Position numbers and translations under genes: made by a program. The notes beneath the pieces are model-generated. The model made no database searches, was not told where the DNA came from, and saw only the letters and a program-made list of their open reading frames with translations. Shown here piece after piece: positions 17,173-24,733 of a stretch of 33,375 bases of DNA. The DNA is from a virus. Its lineage: Duplodnaviria; Caudoviricetes. The stretch covers positions 1 to 33,375 of the IMG/VR virus record IMGVR_UViG_3300005611_000116. One strand, 5' to 3'. Every line of letters starts with the position of its first letter. The stretch's first letter is position 1.

Positions 17173-17234
17173 TGCGCTCTCCCATGTAGACCGATCGGCC
17201 TAGACTGGAAAGGAAAGCGCGGGCAAGGTCTCGC
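17173..17234 (+). repeat. 62-bp degenerate direct repeat, copy A
   Basis: Gapless alignment to 18332-18393, 47/62 identical by hand count; both end in GGCAAGGTCTCGC. Confidence 0.85.
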
Positions 17235-17247
17235 GGCCGCGTGAATG

Positions 17248-17316
17248 TGAGGGCTCTGCGCCCCCGGCGATGAGGGCTCTGCGCCCCCGGCGATGAGGGC
17301 TCTGCGCCCCCGGCGA
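17248..17316 (+). repeat. cluster 4: TGAGGGCTCTGCGCCCCCGGCGA x3 perfect tandem (23 bp)
   Basis: Units start at 17248, 17271 and 17294. Confidence 0.97.
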
Positions 17317-17337
17317 TAGACCCGATCGGGTCTGGAG

Positions 17338-17364
17338 ATAAAAGGCCCCGTCTTTCGACGGGGC
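17338..17364 (-). terminator. intrinsic terminator
   Basis: Minus strand GCCCCGTC-GAAA-GACGGGGC-CTTTTA. Confidence 0.7.
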
Positions 17365-17380
17365 AAACCCTACAGGAGAT

Positions 17381-17520
17381 TTATCCAAGCGTAGCGATAA
17401 AGATCGCGGCCGCGACGCCGACGATCCACAAAACAATAGCCAAGGCCTCGACGATTAACGCTCGAAGATCCAGACCACGAAAGCGACTAAAGCGATTATG
17501 AGTATCCATGCTGCGGCCAT
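17381..17520 (-). CDS. small membrane peptide(s): 21-aa ORF 17455-17520 and overlapping 42-aa ORF 17381-17509
   Basis: AGAAAGGAAAAAGG precedes ATG 17520 (MAAAWILIIALVAFVVWIFER). The second frame ends in ALIVEALAIVLWIVGVAAAIFIATLG. Confidence 0.55.
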
Positions 17521-17567
17521 CCTTTTTCCTTTCTGAAATTGCGCGACAGTATTTGTCGCGTGCGCCT

Positions 17568-17595
17568 AGTATAGCATCGTCTAGTACCAGGTCAA
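17568..17595 (-). promoter_or_regulatory. sigma70-type promoter followed by leader hairpin
   Basis: Minus strand TTGACC-N16-TATACT; CGCGACA-N5-TGTCGCG hairpin at 17542-17560. Confidence 0.7.
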
Positions 17596-17606
17596 ACATC
17601 GGACAC

Positions 17607-17634
17607 AAAAAAAGGCCCCCAGTCTGGGGGCCTT
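17607..17634 (-). terminator. intrinsic terminator
   Basis: Minus strand AAGGCCCCCAG-A-CTGGGGGCCTT inverted repeat running into a T-tract. Confidence 0.85.
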
Positions 17635-17639
17635 GTGGT

Positions 17640-17840
17640 TTAGTCTTTGACTTGATCAATCAATTCGTAGACTTGATGAATGGCTGCGACAGCCTCCTTC
17701 TCTCGACCTGTGATCATCATCAGCTCGAAGTACTGGAGTCTGAATCGCAACCGGTCTTTAAGACTGCGGGCCGTGTGATCGAGCTCGGTTGCAGTCCATC
17801 CGTCTGGGCGATCTTCGCCGACAAAGGTATGAGTACTCAT
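17640..17840 (-). CDS. hypothetical protein, 66 aa
   Basis: AGGAG RBS; terminator directly after the stop. Confidence 0.75.
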   Translation of the reverse strand: MSTHTFVGEDRPDGWTATELDHTARSLKDRLRFRLQYFELMMITGREKEAVAAIHQVYELIDQVKD

Positions 17841-17854
17841 TCTTCTTTCTCCTG

Positions 17855-17880
17855 AAAAGGCCCGGGCCTTGCGGCCCGGG
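17855..17880 (-). terminator. hairpin / weak terminator
   Basis: Minus strand CCCGGGCC-GCAA-GGCCCGGG-CCTTTT. Confidence 0.6.
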
Positions 17881-17888
17881 GTTTGGGT

Positions 17889-18185
17889 TTAGGCGGCCTT
17901 CTGGTCTACCTTCGCTTGCACTCGCAAGGTATTGACCTCGACCGTCTTGCTATGCTCCTCGATCCATTCCGGCCCGTAGTGCTGCCGGAACCATGAGAGC
18001 GGTTGCATCATGGTGCGTTCGGACTGGCTCCAAGCGATCGAGTAAAGATCGCCCGATACCTTAAAGATCCCGCATCCGGCCATCCAGTCCTTCAGCTCCT
18101 TTCCGACTTCATCGATCTGGGCCTCGAGGATTTTGACCTGCGCCTTCATCAGCGCGTACTGGTCAACCTTTGTTTTGATGCTCAT
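17889..18185 (-). CDS. coiled-coil phage hypothetical protein, 98 aa
   Basis: AGAAAGGAG RBS; VDQY...KAQ...LE......LK coiled coil followed by a beta-rich segment. Confidence 0.8.
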   Translation of the reverse strand: MSIKTKVDQYALMKAQVKILEAQIDEVGKELKDWMAGCGIFKVSGDLYSIAWSQSERTMMQPLSWFRQHYGPEWIEEHSKTVEVNTLRVQAKVDQKAA

Positions 18186-18248
18186 AGCATTCTCCTTTCT
18201 GTAGGTTTAAAGATCAGGCCAAGCGCTTTGTTTGCCTTGGCAGAGCCA

Positions 18249-18301
18249 AGGTTATAGATGTGCTATGCATACTGCAAGCACTATTTGTACTATCTGCACT
18301 A
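18249..18301 (-). promoter_or_regulatory. sigma70-type promoter with three upstream GYACTA repeats
   Basis: Minus strand TTGCAG (18272-18277)-N17-TAACCT (18249-18254). GCACTA/GTACTA/GCACTA on the plus strand at 18278, 18287 and 18296. Confidence 0.6.
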
Positions 18302-18331
18302 GACTTTTCTATACCCTATTAATGCAGCTTA

Positions 18332-18393
18332 TGCGCCTTTCCGTGTAGACCATTCGGCCTACACTGGGAAGAGTCCGGCCGGCAAGGTCTCGC
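18332..18393 (+). repeat. 62-bp degenerate direct repeat, copy B
   Basis: Partner of 17173-17234; internal dyad GTGTAG-acc-attc-ggc-CTACAC. Confidence 0.85.
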
Positions 18394-18644
18394 CTTGCGT
18401 GTTTGTCTCCTTTTGAGTCCTGAGCCCTAAACCGATTTCTGCGCTTCCGGCTGGTGAGCGAATCGATAGACCGCCGGAGGCGCCGCTGTGTTTGGGTGTA
18501 ATATAAGGATCTGCACACTGAATCTTGTTTCGTAAAGTTATCGACCCCAAAAAATTTTTTGCAAAAACGAAAACTTATTGACCCTACAAATTACTCAGGT
18601 ATTTGACTATACAAAGTTGAACAAAACGAGGTAATCTATCGTTC

Positions 18645-20111
18645 ATGGCTATTGACGTTTCGCTGCTACCGGAAGAAGCAGCGCGAGAGCTCCTTACTCT
18701 CACCAATCAACTTGAACAACTGAAGCTGCGCGAACAGGCGCACGATAGCTTCTTGTCTTTCGTAAAGATGGTGTACCCCAACTTCATCGAGGGGAAACAT
18801 CACCGAGTCTTTGCCAAAAAGCTCGAAGGCATCCGCGATGGGACGATCAAACGCCTGATCGTGAACATGCCGCCTCGACATTCAAAGTCTGAGTTTGCAT
18901 CGTTCCTTTTCCCCGCATGGATTCTGGGCCACAAACCCGACCTCAAGATCATTCAGGCAACGCACACCGGCGAATTGGCGACCCGATTCGGTCGTAAGAT
19001 GAAACACCTGATCGATTCACCCGACTATCACGCTCTGTTCCCTGATACCCGACTGCGTGCCGACTCTCAGGCTGCCGGCCGATGGGAAACCGATGCCGGT
19101 GGCGAGTACTTCGCAGCCGGTGTAGGGGGTGCGATTACCGGACGTGGCGCGGATTTGCTGATCATCGATGACCCACACTCCGAGCAGGACGCTCTTTCCG
19201 AGACGGCGTTCGATGCCGCTTACGAATGGTATACATCCGGCCCTCGTCAGCGTCTCCAACCGGGTGGAACGATCGTATTGGTGATGACCCGATGGTCCAC
19301 AAAGGACCTGACCGGCCAAGTATTGAAGGCCCAAGCCGCCGATGATCGCGCCGATAAGTGGGACGTCGTCGAATTTCCGGCGATTCTGCCCAGCGGCAAA
19401 CCGTTGTGGCCTGAATTCTGGAAGCTTGATGAGCTCAAAGGGGTGCAGGCGTCGCTGTCGCCCCAGAAATGGAACGCCCAGTGGCTTCAACAGCCGACGT
19501 CAGACACGTCGTCCATCCTTAAACGCGAATGGTGGCAGGTTTGGGAGAACATCGACCGGCCGCCGGAGGTCAGTTACATCCTCCAAAGCTACGATACGGC
19601 GTTTTCTAAGAAGGAAACGGCCGACTATTCGGCGATTACGACGTGGGGTGTGTTCCATCCCAAAGAATTCGGCAGCCCCAATCTGATTTTGCTCGACATG
19701 CAGAAGGGCCGATGGGAGTTTCCAGACCTCAAGCGCATTGCGCAGGAGCAATATCTGGAGTGGGACCCGGATATGGTCCTGATTGAAGCCAAGGCCTCGG
19801 GTCTACCGCTGACCTACGAGTTACGACAGATGGGAATCCCGGTCACCAACTTCACCCCGAGCCGTGGTAACGACAAAATGACGCGTGTGCATGCCTGTGC
19901 GCCGCTGCTAGAGTCGGGCCAAATCTGGGCACCTGCGACACGATGGGCTGACGAGCTTATAGAAGAATGTGCAGCGTTTCCGAACGGTGATCACGATGAC
20001 TTGGTTGACTCGACTACACAGGCTATTCTACGATTCCGTCAGGGTGGATTCGTAACAGACCCGTCAGACCATTGGGAAGACGTGGTTCGCACTAGAAGGG
20101 CCTATTATTAA
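18645..20111 (+). CDS. terL: terminase large subunit
   Basis: Walker A VNMPPRHSKS, GGAITGRGAD, Walker B LLIIDDPH, VMTRW coupling motif, RNase H-fold nuclease SYDTA...DYSA...HDDLVD. Confidence 0.96.
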   Translation: MAIDVSLLPEEAARELLTLTNQLEQLKLREQAHDSFLSFVKMVYPNFIEGKHHRVFAKKLEGIRDGTIKRLIVNMPPRHSKSEFASFLFPAWILGHKPDLKIIQATHTGELATRFGRKMKHLIDSPDYHALFPDTRLRADSQAAGRWETDAGGEYFAAGVGGAITGRGADLLIIDDPHSEQDALSETAFDAAYEWYTSGPRQRLQPGGTIVLVMTRWSTKDLTGQVLKAQAADDRADKWDVVEFPAILPSGKPLWPEFWKLDELKGVQASLSPQKWNAQWLQQPTSDTSSILKREWWQVWENIDRPPEVSYILQSYDTAFSKKETADYSAITTWGVFHPKEFGSPNLILLDMQKGRWEFPDLKRIAQEQYLEWDPDMVLIEAKASGLPLTYELRQMGIPVTNFTPSRGNDKMTRVHACAPLLESGQIWAPATRWADELIEECAAFPNGDHDDLVDSTTQAILRFRQGGFVTDPSDHWEDVVRTRRAYY

Positions 20112-22540
20112 TGGCTGTTGAAAAAAATATCGCGGATATCGACATCGAAGTCGAGGGCAATCCTTTTGAAACGGATCTCACCGAAGAGAACCCGATGTTT
20201 GAAGGTATTCCGACAAACCAACTGCCGGATTACATGGTTGAGGACGAAGACGGTGGTGTAACCATCGACCTCGAACCACAATCTTCGGATCTTGAACTTG
20301 CCGCTGCGTTACAAAACCACGATGCAAATCTGGCTGAAGTGCTGGATGACCGAGATCTCGCCCGTATCGCAGGCGACTTACTCGACGGCTACGACAATGA
20401 CCGAGCCTCGAGAGAAGAATGGGAGCAAAGCTATGTCAATGGATTGGACCTCCTTGGTTTCAAGTACGAAGAACGTACTGAACCGTTTGAAGGCGCGTCT
20501 GGTGTCACCCATCCGCTTCTTGCGGAAGCCGTAACACAGTTCCAAGCGCAAGCGTACAAAGAATTGTTACCGGCCGGTGGCCCGGTACGCACTCAGGTCG
20601 TGGGTTTGCCAACACCGGAGCGTATAGCTCAGGCGGATCGCGTCAAGGAGTACATGAACTATCAGATCGTTCATGTCATGGAAGAATACGACCCGGATAT
20701 GGACCAGATGTTGTTCCATCTTCCACTTGCGGGGTCGACATTCAAGAAGACGTATTTCGACGATGCCAAAGGACGGGCAGTTTCTAGTTTTGTTCCGGTC
20801 GAGAATCTCGTCGTTTCCTACTCTGCGACAGACATCGCTTCCGCCGAACGGGTCACCCACGTCCTGAACCTGACAGCCAACGAATTACGTCAAAACCAAG
20901 TCTATGGTTTCTATCGTGACGTCGATCTCAGTCCGTCCCAGATCACCCGTGGTGATATCGGTGAGGCAGAAGACGAAGCGGAAGGCGTACGTCCGGGTGC
21001 AAGCGATGAAGCGTTTAGCATTCTCGAAGTACACACCTACCTAGACATCCCGGGTTTTGAAGATAAAGGTGAAAACGGTGAACCAACGGGCATTGCGCTG
21101 CCGTACGTCGTAACCGTCGACGAAGACAGTGCTGAGATTCTGTCCATCCGCCGTAACTGGCGTGAAGGCGATCTCAAGCGCATGCCGGTGCAGTACTTCA
21201 CGCACTACAAATTCCTGCCGGGCTTGGGCTTCTATGGCCTTGGCTTGGTACACATGATCGGTGGTCTGTCTCGTGCAGCCACTTCACTGCTGCGTCAGTT
21301 GATTGACGCCGGTACGTTCAGCAATCTGCCTGCTGGGTTTAAGACTCGCGGCGTGCGCATCTCGGACAGCGACGTTCCGCTGCAACCGGGTGAGTTCCGT
21401 GACATGGATGCACCGGGCGGTGACCTGCGTGCAGCCATCATGCCGCTGCCGTACAAAGAACCGTCTCCGACGCTGTCCAATTTACTTGGCTTCTTGGTCG
21501 GTGCAGGCCAACGCTTTGCTGCGATTGCAGACATGCAAGTCGGTGAAGGCGATCAGACGGCTGCGGTAGGTACCACCATGGCGATGATGGAGCGTGGCAC
21601 GAAAGTCATGTCGGCCATCCACAAGCGCCTGTACAACGCACAGAAAATCGAATTCAAAATCCTTGCGCGTATCTTCCGCGACACCACGCAACAGTACCCA
21701 TACGAAGTCATGGGCGTACAGCCGCAAGCCGCAGCGCAGGACTTTGACGATCGGATCGATATCCTACCGATCGCTGACCCCAACATCTTCTCTATGGCGC
21801 AGCGTGTCACGCTGGCGCAGGCGCAGTTGCAGTTGGCACAGACCAACCCGCAGATGCACAACCTGCATGAAGCGTTCCGCCGTATGTACGAAGCCCTCGG
21901 TGTACAGAACATCGAGCAAATCTTGCCCCCACCGCCGAAACCCACACCATCTGATCCCGCTGAAGAGAACAGTCGTGCGTTGATGGGGCAACCTATTCAG
22001 GCCCATGAAGCTGAAGACCATGACGCACACATCGCTGCACACTTGGCGATGATGCAAACCCCGCTGGTGCAGGCTGTACCGCAGGTCATGGCGAACATGA
22101 TGGGCAACATCCTGCAACACATCAGCATGAAAGCTCGTGCGATGGCGCAGCAGGAGATGGCACAACAGATGCCGCAGCAGCAACAGCTCCCGGGCATGAT
22201 GCCGCCGCAGCAGCAGCAACCAGACCAAGCCCAAGTGCTTGCGCGTGCCTCGCAGATCGCGTCTCAGATGACTTCGGAGCTGGTACAAAACCTAACTCCG
22301 CAACAGCAGGGCGATCCGCTTGTAATGCTCCGAGCCCAAGAGCTCGCCTTGAAGGAACGCGACCTCCAGCGGAAGGAACGCGAATTCCAGCAGAACTTGA
22401 TGTTGAAGAAGCAGGATCAGGACGCCGACCGCGACGTGCAGCGTGAACGCATCCAGACCACTGAAGACATTGCTCAGCTCCGCGCAAACATTGCTCTGGA
22501 AAAGATGAACAGAGCGCAAGGTAACCAAGGCGGGTATTAA
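20111..22540 (+). CDS. portal protein
   Basis: 809 aa, directly after terL; HPLLAEAV.QFQA, FYGLGL, RQLIDAGT.SN, IHKRL motifs; Gln-rich helical C-terminus. Confidence 0.88.
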   Translation: MAVEKNIADIDIEVEGNPFETDLTEENPMFEGIPTNQLPDYMVEDEDGGVTIDLEPQSSDLELAAALQNHDANLAEVLDDRDLARIAGDLLDGYDNDRASREEWEQSYVNGLDLLGFKYEERTEPFEGASGVTHPLLAEAVTQFQAQAYKELLPAGGPVRTQVVGLPTPERIAQADRVKEYMNYQIVHVMEEYDPDMDQMLFHLPLAGSTFKKTYFDDAKGRAVSSFVPVENLVVSYSATDIASAERVTHVLNLTANELRQNQVYGFYRDVDLSPSQITRGDIGEAEDEAEGVRPGASDEAFSILEVHTYLDIPGFEDKGENGEPTGIALPYVVTVDEDSAEILSIRRNWREGDLKRMPVQYFTHYKFLPGLGFYGLGLVHMIGGLSRAATSLLRQLIDAGTFSNLPAGFKTRGVRISDSDVPLQPGEFRDMDAPGGDLRAAIMPLPYKEPSPTLSNLLGFLVGAGQRFAAIADMQVGEGDQTAAVGTTMAMMERGTKVMSAIHKRLYNAQKIEFKILARIFRDTTQQYPYEVMGVQPQAAAQDFDDRIDILPIADPNIFSMAQRVTLAQAQLQLAQTNPQMHNLHEAFRRMYEALGVQNIEQILPPPPKPTPSDPAEENSRALMGQPIQAHEAEDHDAHIAAHLAMMQTPLVQAVPQVMANMMGNILQHISMKARAMAQQEMAQQMPQQQQLPGMMPPQQQQPDQAQVLARASQIASQMTSELVQNLTPQQQGDPLVMLRAQELALKERDLQRKEREFQQNLMLKKQDQDADRDVQRERIQTTEDIAQLRANIALEKMNRAQGNQGGY

Positions 22541-22542
22541 TC

Positions 22543-23016
22543 ATGGATAAGACACGTTCGGAAGATTTTCGCAAGGCGAAGTCCAAGGCTAAGACCATGG
22601 GCGAGCTGGAGAAAAAGTATAAGGGCGAACGCCGTAAAAGCGCTGCCAAGGCTGCCGTAAAAGCGGCAGGCAAAGGTGCTAAAGCGGTAGCCAAGCGAAT
22701 CGGCCCTGTAGGCATTGCTTACGGCGGCTATGAAGTATCACAAGGTCGTGTTCCTGTGCTTAGCGACGCGAAAGATCTTGCCAAGTGGGCGAAGTCCGAC
22801 GAAGCCAAGATGCTTGCTGAAGCGTTTAAGGAAGACCCGACGGGCATGGCGAAAGACACATTGGAAACTCTTATCGCGCCTCTTCGTAAGAAAGTAAACC
22901 CAAAATCGAAAATTGCGGAAGAATATGGCTACGCCAAAGGTGGCGAAGTCAAAGGCGGCCACTGTCGTGGTGGCGGTAAAGCTGTTCAAGGAACCAAATT
23001 CAAAGGAGTTAAGTGA
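22543..23016 (+). CDS. basic hypothetical virion protein with YAKGGEV motif
   Basis: Lys-rich; C-terminal YAKGGEVKGGHCRGGGKAVQGTKFKGVK. Confidence 0.75.
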   Translation: MDKTRSEDFRKAKSKAKTMGELEKKYKGERRKSAAKAAVKAAGKGAKAVAKRIGPVGIAYGGYEVSQGRVPVLSDAKDLAKWAKSDEAKMLAEAFKEDPTGMAKDTLETLIAPLRKKVNPKSKIAEEYGYAKGGEVKGGHCRGGGKAVQGTKFKGVK

Positions 23017-24032
23017 TGGCTGATCCAGTCAAGAAAAAGGTCGCCGATGTGCTGACCGGTGCTGCGCTTAAAGCGGCGAAGAAGCGTGCGGCGAAGAAAA
23101 CCACAACTGAACCGATCAAGACGAAAGCTCCTGAATCGGCGAAGAAAAGCCCTACTACCGGTGCTGCTGCGAGCAAAGCACTGGGTGAAGGTAAGTCCGT
23201 AACTGCTGCTGATGTAGCAAGAGCGGCGAAGAAGCAACCGGGCGGTTACAAGAACCCGGCTGCGCGTAAGCTCGGTCGCGGTCGGCGTCCTCAGCCTGCG
23301 GATATTGCAAAGAGCAAGGCGCCGAATGCCGCTGAAGCTGCAAAGAGCCTGAAGAGCAAGTCTGCTAAACCCGGCGGTGCAGCACGTCAGGCCACCGGCA
23401 ACAAGAGCGGTGCTTCAGGCAAGTTCGAGAAGGGCCAGAAAAAGGCTCCGCTGACTCGTACTGAGAAGGTCGGTATTGCGGGCGCTACTTTGGGTACTGC
23501 GGCTTTCGTTGCGAAGGATCGTAACCAGAGTGGCCGTAACGTCACCAAGGCTGACAAGAAAATGACGACAACGAAGGGTTCTACCGAAGCGCAGATGGAG
23601 TCTGCTCGCGCTGCTGAGAAGAAGCGTTACGAAGCTCGTAAGAAGGCTGCTCTGGCTCGTGCAAAGGCACAGTCTGACTTCTTCTACAAGGAGTACAAGA
23701 AGAAGAAGGACTCCGAGAAGGGCTACCTGCGCGATAGCGAAGGCAAGCGTGTCAAGAGCGGCTTTGGCGAAGACATTCGTACCGGCTACAAGAAGGGCGG
23801 CCGTGTCATGAAGAAAGCCGGTGGCGGCGAAGTCAAGCCAGTCACGCCTACGCAAGCTATGCGTGTTCGGGCTAAAGAGATGGAAGGCATGACTAAAGAA
23901 CAGCGCATGGCTAAGCTCAAGAAAGAGATGCCTAGAAAGCCGGGTCCGAAGCGAGTGAAGTACAAGAGCGGCGGTGCTGTTAAGGGCTGCGGCATGGCGA
24001 AGCGCGGTTTTGGCAAGGCTATGAAGAAGTAA
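23013..24032 (+). CDS. Lys/Ala-rich (histone-H1-like) protein with repeated xxxGGxV motifs
   Basis: Strongly basic and low-complexity; YKKGGRV, KAGGGEV, YKSGGAV; AAAGGAG RBS. Confidence 0.8.
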   Translation: MMADPVKKKVADVLTGAALKAAKKRAAKKTTTEPIKTKAPESAKKSPTTGAAASKALGEGKSVTAADVARAAKKQPGGYKNPAARKLGRGRRPQPADIAKSKAPNAAEAAKSLKSKSAKPGGAARQATGNKSGASGKFEKGQKKAPLTRTEKVGIAGATLGTAAFVAKDRNQSGRNVTKADKKMTTTKGSTEAQMESARAAEKKRYEARKKAALARAKAQSDFFYKEYKKKKDSEKGYLRDSEGKRVKSGFGEDIRTGYKKGGRVMKKAGGGEVKPVTPTQAMRVRAKEMEGMTKEQRMAKLKKEMPRKPGPKRVKYKSGGAVKGCGMAKRGFGKAMKK

Positions 24033-24042
24033 TAACCAACCT

Positions 24043-24068
24043 CACGGGGGCTTCGGCCCCCGTGCTTT
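24043..24068 (+). terminator. hairpin / probable terminator
   Basis: CACGGGGGC-TTCG-GCCCCCGTG-CTTT. Confidence 0.6.
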
Positions 24069-24084
24069 CATGTGGAGACATGCT

Positions 24085-24285
24085 ATGGACCCGTATTCGG
24101 TTCTAGAATACTTAAAGAAAAAAGTTGCAGAACGTGAGAAAGATCTAGAGAATGTAGTCTTGTCTGGCTCAGTTGTAGATATTAGCCAGTACAAAGGCGT
24201 TATAGGCGAGTTACGGGGACTCTCGTTTATACGTTATGAAATACGGTCCCTGCTAGAGAAAATGGAGAAAGCTGAGAATGTCTAA
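24085..24285 (+). CDS. conserved small helical phage protein
   Basis: GGAG RBS before ATG 24085; QYKGVIGELRGL motif typical of the gene preceding phage GroES. Confidence 0.75.
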   Translation: MDPYSVLEYLKKKVAEREKDLENVVLSGSVVDISQYKGVIGELRGLSFIRYEIRSLLEKMEKAENV

Positions 24286-24724
24286 CGTCTTCGTGCCGAA
24301 GCATATTCGGGAAGAAGAGGCTGTTGTTAATGAGGCCTCAGTTAAAGACGCATATGTCCGTTTGGACCCCACCAAGTTGGATCAAGAAGAACTTGATCGA
24401 CTGCCTACTCCGTCCGGTTGGCGCATTCTGGTCCTGCCTTACGCAGGTCCGTCTGTCAGCAAGGGCGGGATCCTGATGACAGATTCCTATCAAGACCAAC
24501 AAAACCGCACCACCGTGGTCGGTTACGTCGTGTCTATGGGTTCTGAAGCCTACGGCGACGAGCGGAAGTTTCCGTCCGGCCCATGGTGTAAGAAGGGAGA
24601 CTGGATCGTATTTGGCCGATATGCCGGTGCTCGTTTCAAGATTGACGGCGGTGAACTCCGTTTGCTCAACGATGACGAGGTACTAGCTGTACTATCGGAC
24701 CCTGACGCAATTTCACACGTATAA
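24278..24724 (+). CDS. groES: co-chaperonin GroES-like protein
   Basis: PSGWRILV, mobile loop SKGGIL, VVSMG..AY, KGDWIVFGRYAG, LLNDDEVLAV. Confidence 0.9.
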   Translation: MSNVFVPKHIREEEAVVNEASVKDAYVRLDPTKLDQEELDRLPTPSGWRILVLPYAGPSVSKGGILMTDSYQDQQNRTTVVGYVVSMGSEAYGDERKFPSGPWCKKGDWIVFGRYAGARFKIDGGELRLLNDDEVLAVLSDPDAISHV

Positions 24725-24733
24725 GGACGTGCT

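Noticed and set aside
14071-17316. CTCTGCGCCCCC repeats as a CRISPR array, given the Cas4-like gene at 5519-6619
   Set aside because: Units are 12-23 bp with very short or identical linkers and no unique 25-45 bp spacers. The Cas4-like gene is an ordinary member of the DUF2800-DUF2815-PolA replication module.
15063-17316. Integron attC-type cassette array
   Set aside because: No integron integrase in the window, no RYYYAAC...GTTRRRY boxes at the repeats, and the cassettes carry their own promoters.
17094-17436. Minus-strand ORFs 17094-17366 and 17200-17436
   Set aside because: They read through terminators and tandem repeats, lack RBSs and give repeat-derived peptides.
16357-18185. Apparent abundance of GATC/CGATCG as a HIP1-like or methylation signal
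   Set aside because: GATC is frequent throughout the window and the full GCGATCGC octamer is not evidently enriched; cannot be supported without counting.
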